DNA of 47,076 bases from Nemertoderma westbladi. Its lineage: Eukaryota; Animalia; Xenacoelomorpha. The notes beneath the pieces are model-generated. The model had not been told where the DNA came from and ran no database searches. It was given only the letters and a program-made list of their open reading frames with translations. Of the stretch, positions 22,701 through 32,643 are shown piece after piece. The translations under genes and the position numbers were made by a program. Every line of letters starts with the position of its first letter. The first letter of the stretch is position 1. Location of the stretch: assembly GCA_032718475.1 (NCBI GenBank), contig JAUCBJ010008035.1, positions 1 to 47,076 of the forward strand, given 5' to 3'.

Positions 22701-25700
22701 CACTTCCTTAGAGAAGGCCTCTCGGTTGTCCTCTGCAGTGGTACGCACTACCGAACAGGCGTTGGAAGGGCTTGAGATTATCCCAAAGGCCTGGATGGTC
22801 ATCCAGTACTCCACCGGTTTCTGGTTGAGGTCTCCTTCGGGCCACCACAGAAATCGTAGACTATCTCGATCCCTATCTAACACTTTGACTTGTAAGAACA
22901 TGCCTTCTATATCGGAGGCGAAAGCAATCGAATATTGTCTCAATCTTAAAAGAATTCCCAACAAAGATTGAAGTAAGTTGGGTCCGGGTAACAATTCAGA
23001 GTTAAGGGATTGACCCATGTAAAGAGCGGAGCCATCAAACACTACTCTCACTTCATGTGGTTTACCGGGTTTAGGAACGTAATGGTGAGTTAAGTAATAC
23101 GTTCTTTCAGTCACAGGTGTTTCTTCCGGTACTCTCTCCGCGTATCCCTTACTAATAAATTTCTCCAGCTGTGTTTGATACATTTCTTTAGCTGAAGAAT
23201 TAGCCGTAAGGCGTCGATGGAGTTGCGCGATTCTTTTTTCCGCCAAGGGCCTGTTATTGATGAACTTCGGTTCTCTCTTGCGGAAAGGTAGACCGACTTC
23301 ATACCTACCTTGATCTTTGAGGAAACGTGTAGTTGTCTCTTGGATCTGCTTGGCCCTTTCCTCTTCCACCGATAAGGCTTTATCGTAGGAATTGGGCTCT
23401 ACTGCCTCTTGCGTAAAGAATCGTACGGCATGTTCATCTCGAGTCTTGGCATTACAACGCTCAATGACGGCATTTAACTCGTCGTTATAAGCTTCTCGTT
23501 CAGATGGATAAAGAAGTTGACATAAGTTCACTTGGTTTTGCCAAGCCTCGTTTTCCTTAAGGAGATCGATGGTATTCTCCTCATCAAAAAGCTGGTGAAC
23601 GTCGTCGTTATCTGAGGAGTATGGGGTTCCCTCAGTTAAATCGTCTCCCTCACTAGTATCATCTTCCCATTCACTCACCTGGCAGACGCGCTCTTGCGGT
23701 AGTCTTTCTCTGAGTGTTCTACGGGAAGGGCCAGTAAAGTACCAACCTACTCTAGTTCTTACCGCATAGGTCTGTAGTGGCTGCGGTTGAGCAGGCCGTT
23801 TCTCTAATGTCTCCAGCGCCTCATGCGCGTTTTGGCCGATGAGTATTTGCACTCCAGGATAATCAGTCTGGAATCGAGGTATCTTAAGATGTTGGATGCT
23901 CTCATCCTCGTCCCAATTATAAAGGTCTGCTTGAGTAGTAGCGAAGTTCTTTATAGCCACCATTTTCACTGACCTTATGCTATGTTCTCCTAGTTCGTCC
24001 TGTGGGGTGGACAACGCGCCTACATAATAATCAGCTGTTACTGTAGATTTCCAAACTTGCATAATGCCTGACATGTTTAGCTTAGTTCGGAACTTGGGTT
24101 GTCCAGCAAATATGTCTTCGGCTAGCTCTTTGTCGATGAATGTTCCTGTACTACCGGAGTCAAGGAGGGCGTTCACTACATAACTCCTTTTAGGTCCGTG
24201 AACCCTTACTTGCACCACAGGAAACTCTCGGATCCCTACATTGGAAGATGGCTCTTTCCAAGATGGTTGTCGATCAGAAGTAGTTAGAGTGAGGTCGCTG
24301 TCTGTATCTTTTTCATATGTGAGTGCTCGATACACTGCGGTATTTATCATGTAACAGGATTCGTTTTCGTCGGAGAACTCGTCCGTATAGAATCCTTCCA
24401 TCTCAGATTGATCAGTGTCGTTCACATCACTGAATTGGACATGCAGTTCGGAATCACTTACCTGATTCGGACTATTTCGATCGAATTCAGCGTGCAACAA
24501 GATATGATGTTTCGCACCACACTTTGCACACCTTATGTCTGAGTAACAGGTTCGCCGTTGGTGTCCTTGTCTGAGGCAATTATAACATAACCGCTTATCC
24601 CACATGACTTCTCGTCTCTCCGTTAATGATTTCTTCAGGAATTCATCACACATATTCAAACGGTGGGTCCCGTCACATAGCGCACATTTCGGTTTGATGT
24701 TACTTACCTTATTTTGGGTGACATTGTGCACTCTCGTTCTTTCTTCGGGCTTTCTCACCTGAATTATCTTGGGAGACGTAGGAGGAGTTTTTCTTACCTG
24801 TTCTCTCTTGTCATTGGATCGAGACTTAAATTTACTTCCCTGTTCGTTAGGTGTTTTATTGACATAATAAGATCTTTCAGTGTCTTTCCCGCTATCCTCC
24901 TCTTGGGAAGCTTGGCTTTCGCCGTCGTCGGTATAACACACTGGTGTTACCTTTCTTCTGGAGACGGGTTTCTCACTTACCTTGTTTTCCGATGTCTTCT
25001 CTCTGGACTGCTTTATGAGCTGTAATTTCACTTCGCCATCCAAGAATGTCATGAGATCAGTCATGGTAGGGTCTCGTTGTTGTTGTTCCATCATGTATAA
25101 CACCTTTTTGTCCCAGCGTGTACCTACTCCACCCTTCGGTAAAGTAGAAGCCACTGCTCTAATAACCATAGCACTCTGATACTCATGAGACTTACCTAGC
25201 CAATCTAATTGTCTGCAGATCTCCTGAATTTCATCGGAAAACTCTATAATCCCGTTGCTAATAAACTTTCGGGGCGCTACCAACTTTGCATACAAATACC
25301 CAGCTATGTTATTCCTATTACCATACCTGATGTTTAGTGTATCCCAAACTTGTCTTAATCCGTCTGGATGTCCAATAAACTTTAACGCCATTAACTTGGG
25401 AGATCCTTCCAAGCACTCTATGAGGAATCTAAGTTTCTCTCCATTAGATAGTACAGAGTTCTGTATGTTATCTTTGTAATATTCATTAAAAGGTAACCAT
25501 TTCATCTCATCTCCATTGAACTTGACGATCTCTCCCACCTTCACCGCTTGCCGGGCTTCGGTTCTAGCCATTTGACGCGTAAAACTTTCTTGGGCCATCG
25601 TGTTATTTAATATCGAGTTATCGGTATATAAATTTCTCGGATTATGATCAGGTCTATAGGGAATGTCATTATCAACAGGTCTATAATTACCCTTAATAGG

Positions 25701-27932
25701 GTTCACTATAGGAGTTTCTACTTCGCTAGCAGTATATATGCGTGTAGGCTCCACACCTTGCGCATGAGATACTTCAGACCTAACAGGTTGACACATTGTT
25801 ACCAAGGGTGGTGGTATACCCCTTTGTGCATTTACTAATTTATCGCGTTCTAGCGCGATACTTTGCTGCACTTCTTGCAACTCTAGCCTACTTTCCCTTA
25901 CTGTGCCCTTGAATTGCTGAACAGTCTCCTGCATCTGCCCGAGCAGGAGATCCATCCCCCGCCGTCTCTCGTCCACCCATTCGATCGCCGAAGCGGGAGT
26001 CGCCAACGTTGTAGCGGGCGGACGAGGGACAACGGGCGACAAATCATGAATATTTCGCTCGGGGTCCAGGACCTGAACTGTCTCCTGGGCAGTTCTACTG
26101 GGCACAGGTAGCTTAGTGCTATGCAGAGGGAATTTAGGGGTAGCTTCAGGGAGCACAGGTGTGTCTATCACCGAAGGGGTGATTTCAAGAACAGGCCTAA
26201 TTATTTCAGGCTCATCTACTATAGTAGGGAGTCTTTCTATTTTAATTATTTGGTCTGTGGGCTCTGTACTACCTAAGTTGGTATTATTTAGTTGCCTTCT
26301 AACAGCTGGAGGCAAATCAGGCAATTTCTGACGGTGGAATGTTCTTTTACGTCTGCTTAGACGAGATCTATTTCCTTTGCCTTCAGTATCGGTGGTATCG
26401 CCTTCTTCAGATGATGTATATCCCTGTCTTTTGGGAGTAGATCGATTCATCATCTGCATATTACTAGCTGTTAACTGTTTATTTATGCAGTCTTGATTCT
26501 CCTGAATGTTTTCCAATTCTAATTGGGTGATTTCTTCAGTCGCTCTCCGTTCGGCTTCGGCCACTGCCTCTGCGGCCTTTCTTTCAGCCTCGGCCGCCTT
26601 TCTTTCTGCCGCTGCCGCTGCCGCTGCCGCTGCCGCTGCCGCTGCCGCTGCCGCTGCCGCTGCCGCTTTTCTTTCAGCTTCGGCCGCTTTTGCCTCTGCC
26701 GCTGCTTCTGCCGCTGCCGCTTTTCTTTCTGCTTCTGCAGCTACCACTGCTGCTTTCTTTCTGTCTTCTATACGTTTTTTCTTTACTTGTTCTTCTTGGA
26801 CTCGTGTCAGGCGGAGTTGTTCATCAAATTTAGCCTGATTCGCAGCCCTCATTTCCACATCGATGGCATCCAACACACGCTGAGTTCCTTCGTTATTAGG
26901 GCTAAGTCCATCTAACCTTCTCCTCAACTCGTCATCACCTAAAAAACGTTGATAGTCTGACAGATAGATGTCAATGGCATCCCTCTTATGCGGTTTCTCT
27001 GCCGTCGCTTCACTTTCCACTTGGGAAAAAGTAGCGTCTGTTGATTCTCCATGGGTGGAGCGCTCCTCCAGCTGAGCTTTCCACTGAGCTGTTCCTTGAA
27101 CCTGGCGACTCACCCGTTGAAACCAAGTCTTTACGGCAACTTGCAACGACGTGTCTTGTCTTCTTTTAGAAGCCTCTTCAAAGGCTGATAATATTAGCCT
27201 GATTCGCAGAATTCTTTCTCTAACTTGATAAAGCAGTTGTCCCTGCTCTTGAGGTCCTTGAGGTTGTTGTAACAGTTGTTTTTCTACTCGCTCCATAGAG
27301 CTGAAGAATCCCTGTGCGTATCCGGCTGCGGACCTCTTCCACACAGCTGGATCGATGGTTTCCTTGGCTACTCCCATCCGGTGTATGTCTTCCCAGGCAG
27401 CTTCTGATAAATCAAACGGGAGTCCGGGTCCGGGGAAGTTCCATTGCGACTCGACCATGGACTTCAGTTCTTCCCTTGTGTATCCAGCATAACTATCTTT
27501 AGTTGAGCGCTGACTTCTCGCCCAATCGATCTGGTGTTCTTCCACCGCAATCAATAACCTAGTGAGTACGGCTGCAGGAAGGATGAGAAGGGGATCCGAA
27601 TAAACCGCATCCGTCATCCTTGCTCCGCGCTCGGGTGTCAGTTCTACAGTATCTTCACTACTGGAGCTGTCGGGCCGCTGAGAAATAATTTCTTGGCTCA
27701 CGGGTTGTTGCTGTTCCGCTGCTTCTTGGTCCCGCTTGACCTGAGCTCGAGTGCCTATGATAGACCTACGATGTTGGACCAGCCTAGGTTCTGTTATTAC
27801 TACAGGAGGGATGACCTTCCTCACAGTGGGAGGTGAACTGAACTTACGACTAGACGGTTCTACGCCTCTATCTGAGTCGCAGATAGTTACATCTAATAAA
27901 CTGTCTGACAGGTTCTGCTTAGTATCAGACAT
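19791..27932 (-). CDS. BEL/Pao gag-pol polyprotein (~2,710 codons) with one in-frame TGA at 20853-20855
   Basis: Gag core (FNGDEMKWLPF..EKLRFLIECLEG..WDTLNIRYGN); zinc knuckles CALCDGTHRLNMC, CYNCLRQGHQRRTC, CAKCGAKHHILLH; protease LLDSGS (~24160); RT VRVVFDGSA, DIEGMFLQV, YMDD (22665-76); RNase H FGDAS, PRAEL, WTDA, NPADIASRG; integrase H..HAG..CIPC, then TQ*EAELPRERV..PFTNTGVDLFGP, SDKGTNF, PWWGGSWERLI, LTPAHFL in the same frame. Confidence 0.95.
26607..26666 (-). repeat. (GCGGCA)n microsatellite encoding a ~20-residue poly-alanine tract in gag
   Basis: (GCCGCT)n on the + strand, flanked by AEAERKA repeats. Confidence 0.9.
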
Positions 27933-28066
27933 GTTTATGTGTACAGTTGAATGTCTACTGCTGTATTACAGTCTGAGCAAGTCTAGTAACTCAGTATTAA
28001 CTGCTAGCCTAGTAATTAATTACCGATACTGCTACTCAGTGTAGTGTGATATATATAATATATTAG

Positions 28067-28315
28067 AATACCGGTATGCTTATAGTATATATAACTATAT
28101 AAGTATTATTACAGACTAGGTTTATCACAGAATACCGGTATAATTTTAGCACAAAGATATATAAATATATAATAGGCCTATCGGGAATACCGGTATACAG
28201 CTTACAGTTTGAAGTATATATAATTCTGGACTAGAATTAATTACAAGTACCGGTATAATTTCAGCCTAAATTTATAGAAATAAAGATAATAGGCCTATCG
28301 TAAATACCGGTATAT
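28067..28315. repeat. Five regularly spaced TACCGGTAT palindromic motifs in the element 5' UTR
   Basis: ACCGGT cores at 28070, 28134, 28189, 28249, 28306 (spacing 55-64 bp); alternate units share TAATAGGCCTATCG. Confidence 0.8.
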
Positions 28316-29254
28316 CAATTATTTTAAATAATTGAATTTCTGAATTTTAGGGTTACTTGGTTACTTTACTTACTTTATTACCGTTATTTGAGCAGTAATC
28401 CAACTGATATTGAGACCTAATGGTTGTATGGTAGGCCTACTATTTATAAATCGTTAGATTTGATTTATAATATATATATACCCGTTTTAATGGGTTTTGT
28501 CAATGTTTGAAATAAATGTTATTATTTCTGGGGAGTAATCACTACACAAAGCGGTGCGCTTTCAGTGAAGTGTTACTTATAGGACACTAAAACAAATAAT
28601 GCTAATTTACCTAAGTTACTTAATACTACAAATTACGTACAATTCGGGTGAGATTACAATCTCTAAATAAACACAAAAATTTACAAAAAACACAAAATAC
28701 GAATTTTCAGGGTAATTTTACAAGAAGTCTACAAACCAGCCTAACAAAGGGTTAGAAATCTGGTTATTACAACGGACAGGGTACTGCGGTATTTGAAAAT
28801 AATACGTAGTAGTAAATACACTGCGTTGTCCAGATAGGAAAATACCACCGCCTGACGACCTATAGCCGTATCGCTATAGGTACTACGTTATGTATCACGG
28901 AGTGTTCCTACCTAGAAGTTAATAGAGCTAATCGAACGTGCCTATCAACCACTTTACAACACAAATATAATGCCTACACTAATTACTTTCGGAAAGCACT
29001 GTACACTAAACCCTAAATTAGGTACGAGTACTTGTACAACATATAATCAGTAGTTAAATATACTTGAACAGCTAAAAGAACCACGGCATCTGCTGGAGTG
29101 ACCGGTGCACAAAATCACCAGTCTTTACCTACGCCAAGCAGCCCGTGTAGTACCGGGGTTAATTTAACTATAGCGGTATGTATAACAAACACAATTATTG
29201 TAGGAACAAACTTGGGGAATGAATGTTGCGAATAATCGCATAAACTCTGAATAA

Positions 29255-29825
29255 TAAATATTACGCTACGCGTACAAACCACTCAAACAAAATGCAGACC
29301 AAATACTGACAGACTACTATCAAGCCTAAATAAACTACAGGACATGCAGACTCCGAAATGATTAGGTAGTATGCGTTCTAACCCAGTAGCACGACTTATT
29401 CTTTAGATGGGGGTTTACCTTACAGCTTTGGCTGCCCCTACTTCCTAACCGTTCTTTATCGGACAGAGGCTCTACACACACTGCAATCCGTTCAGACCTA
29501 ATAACAGCCAGACAACTATCCAGCCTACAAATTATCTAAATAAATATTATACGCTACCTGTACAGACTACACAAACAAAGTACAGACTAAACGATGGCAG
29601 ACTACTCTCAAGCCTAAATAAACTACAGGACATGCAGACTCCGAAATGATTAGGTAGTATGCGTTCTAACCCAGTAGTACGACTTATTCTTTAGTTGGGG
29701 GTTTACCTTACAGCTTTGGCTGCCCCTACTTCCTAACCGTTCTTTATCGGACAGGTGATCTACACACACTGCAATCCGTTCGGACTTAACAGCAATCAGA
29801 CAACAGCCCAGCCTACAAATTGTCT
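29255..29825. repeat. Tandem duplication of ~288 bp in the element 5' UTR
   Basis: GACATGCAGACTCCGAAATGATTAGG... at 29341 and 29629; near-identical core with more diverged ends. Confidence 0.92.
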
Positions 29826-30013
29826 GTACAATATGATCAGGCTTACACGCCTTCTGTTCAATACTGGCCTACAAACAAATAAAACTGACAGAAATAAGTA
29901 AGCTCCAAAAGAAACAAGGGGTGTACAGTCCCTAATCTCTTAAACAGCCTACCGGTATACAATAATCAAATCGAATAATACTAATGTACTTATACGGGAA
30001 GTACCAGTTAGGA

Positions 30014-30123
30014 CAGTTGGGCCTACGGACCTACAGAAGTACCGGTTCTGGCAGTTGGACCTACGGACCTACGGCAGTACCGGTTCTGGCAGTTGGGCCT
30101 ACTGACCTACAGATGTACCGTTC
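30014..30123. repeat. 38-bp tandem repeat x ~3 near the 5' LTR
   Basis: CAGTTGGRCCTACGGACCTACRGMAGTACCGGTTCTGG at 30014, 30052 and 30090 (last copy partial). Confidence 0.9.
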
Positions 30124-30190
30124 AGGTTTACCGGTTGACCGGTACTTTCAACTTTATTGCTTACTGCAATAAAGAAGCAATATCCGTTAT

Positions 30191-31439
30191 TGTTCGCGCT
30201 TTCAGACCTTTGGCAGTTTAACCCGCCAAATTAGGATGTCTTTTAGATAATAAATCACTTTTAGCCTCTGACAAGTATTTGATTCACTACACTAGTCGAA
30301 ACCAATCTGTGCGCGATCATTCACCCGCTGGATATACCCGGGAGATTGGGTTCGACGGCTTAATCTTATTGCTATGTAAGCCTAATGTATTATTCGACTG
30401 ACAGTATTATATAATCTCTGACAATATTATTCACCTTCGGGGAATATTAACAGTTCCTTTAGGACGTGGCGCTCTATCTATAAAAACAGAGTTATGACTT
30501 AAACTACTCACAACGATATGGCTTAGTTACAATTCACATATATGGCGCATTCTTTAGGAAATGCTTCGTTATCAGTCTCGCTCATACACAACGCTGCACA
30601 ATGCTGCACACTAATCTGCCGATCTTCACTGATTTTAGTCACATATAAAAGGAACACAGACCGACTCATGTAGGGTCTATCAAATAACATTAGATTCACT
30701 TCAAACCACTTTAACATAAGTCACAATCGTTATATGTAACCTTTCTCTCTTACCTTCGGTATATCAAGAATATTGGGTTTTCGGGGTTATTTATCGTTAT
30801 TCCAAATATAATAATTCATCAACCATATTATGAAGAACCGACAGTAAATAGCAGTATAACAATATAAAAGTATGCACAGGTATATTAGATTAGGTATGTT
30901 GCGTTGATTGAGTATGGGCCAGTTAACCAGTATTTTGGTTGGTTTGTTTGCAGGTTTGAGTTTGTTAACGAATATATGTCCTTATAATTAAGCCTACTAG
31001 TGTTAGGCTAAAACAGAAAAGCACAAAATATTCCCAAGCCGCTCTCTCCTGGCTCAGGACAGAATGTAAACACTGCCCATAATGCATTGCGTGATTTCTA
31101 GGAAATTTCTGTACAAGAGCCATAAAAATGCTCTGATTGGCTGACTGAACTGAGAGACGCCGTAGAACAAAGAAAATCGACACGTATGAATATCAGCTGT
31201 TAACCGTCGTCATAGTAACTACTGTTCAAGAGTAGCTATCACCTTTTGCGTCACGGAATTGCCATAGAATCATCAACTATGCCTTTCACAGTACACATAC
31301 GGAGGAAATAGCTCTTAGATCCTCTAAAAAACACCGATACAGCAATAATACGGTCTCTTACACCTATTAAATCAACTACAGAGTATTTTAATGTGAAAAA
31401 TAATAAAAATAACGGGGCAATTCAGCAAAGGCTTTTACA
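30191..31439 (-). repeat. 5' LTR (1,249 bp)
   Basis: Copy of 14291-15539, upstream of gag on the - strand. The sense strand has a CCAAT box (TCAGCCAATCAG, ~31133-31144) and a TATA-like TTATAAG (~30981-30987). Confidence 0.97.
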
Positions 31440-31608
31440 ACTTCTGTTACCTGGGATCATGGATCCGGAAGTCAGGTGAGGACCTTCGAATACTTAAGGG
31501 AAAGGCATGGGCAGCCTTGAAAATAGGCTTTCCAGGATTTGGAAGGCACAGAGAATTAATCGGAAACTTAATGTCCGATTATTTAGAGCAGCAGTAGTTC
31601 CAGTTCTT
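31440..31608 (+). mobile_element. RTE LINE fragment, right half
   Basis: CYLGSWIRKSGEDLRILKGKAWAAL-NRLSRIWKAQRINRKLNVRLFRAAVVPVL; homologous to 1650-1810. Confidence 0.85.
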
Positions 31609-31997
31609 AAATGTATTGCATTCAATAGTACTGCATATGGGTAGCAATGTAAAAAAAATGCCATACAGTACAGCCACACAGTACAGCACCATGTCCCGGA
31701 ATACTGTATAGTGTCGTAATTCAGTGACACCCCCCCCCCTAATTTTTCTAAAAATCTTAATGAGATTTCATGAAATTTGAAACAGAGAGAGTATCACCTC
31801 CGAACCACGTACTGGTTGAGCCAGAATTTTTATTTTTGCTTTCATTCTTTAGCTACAAGCGTACAAATGTCTTTGTCGATATTGCACCAGTGTCCCACCG
31901 CAGTTATTCCTCTATCTTATAGCTGTTAGTTGGTACTGCTAGAAAGCTGGCCGTGAAAAGGATTCCAAATATGTACCATCTGAATTTCGTTGAATAT

Positions 31998-32090
31998 CGT
32001 TGTCTGCTGTCGGTTGTCTGCTGTCGTTGTCTGCTGTCGGTGGACTGCTGTCGATTGTCTGCTGTCGGCTGTTTGCTGTCGGCTGTTGGC
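31998..32090. repeat. Degenerate (TGTCTGCTGTCGGT)-like simple repeat
   Basis: About six imperfect CTGCTGTCG units. Confidence 0.8.
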
Positions 32091-32629
32091 GTAACGTTTA
32101 CACCCATTAAATACTGATATTAGATTGTGAGAATTCATGTTGAATCTCCCATTATACTTTCAGTCTCTTAAAGAGTTCCTGTTAAAAAAGTACGTTCAAC
32201 ATTCAAACACACCATAAATTTGTTTCCGTGGATAACAATAATATTTAGAGGTGAATGTACGTATATATACTATATACTATATAAACATCATAAATATATA
32301 CTAGAGCCTATTATTTATTAGTTTATTATTACTGTTTAGAAGTTGTTTAATGTACTCGTGTGTCTTCTCTTCTCAGAAATATTATATGTGTAGGAACTAT
32401 TGAATTCTGATTTCTTTACTTTCTGAGGCAAATTGTTAATTATATTGGCATTACACTGTACCCTTGATATTGCTATTGTATGAATTTATTGATATTGTCA
32501 AAATTTGATTTATCAATCTATTTAATTCAATAGAGAGATTTATATGTCAGATCGCACACTATCGCAATTCAATCTTTCAATCGCAATACATTGCATTGAA
32601 CACAAGGTGGCGTCCAACTCAACAATATT

Positions 32630-32643
32630 GTGTCCATGGCAAC
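32630..32643 (+). promoter_or_regulatory. RFX X-box, candidate CFAP43 promoter element
   Basis: GTGTCCATGGCAAC, followed ~40 bp later by a splice donor CAG|GTAGGT (32686/32687); second X-box-like GTTTCCGTGGATAAC at 32222-32236. RFX control of ciliary genes is established; the link to CFAP43 is inferred. Confidence 0.5.

Larger units (their letters stand above)
14291..31439 (-). mobile_element. Full-length BEL/Pao (Belpaoviridae) LTR retrotransposon, 17,149 bp, with an accessory 3' gene
   Basis: Paired 1,249-bp LTRs, 5-bp TSD, single gag-pol frame ordered gag(3 zinc knuckles)-PR-RT-RNaseH-IN with BEL/Pao-type motifs, and a purine-rich tract next to the left LTR. Confidence 0.97.

Noticed and set aside
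26506-26915. Plus-strand poly-Ala and (CR)n ORFs
   Set aside because: Antisense shadows of the gag microsatellite.
28067-28315. Repeat-spacer pattern resembling a mini CRISPR array
   Set aside because: The core is only 9-10 bp and alternate spacers are related to each other, so this is a decayed tandem repeat.
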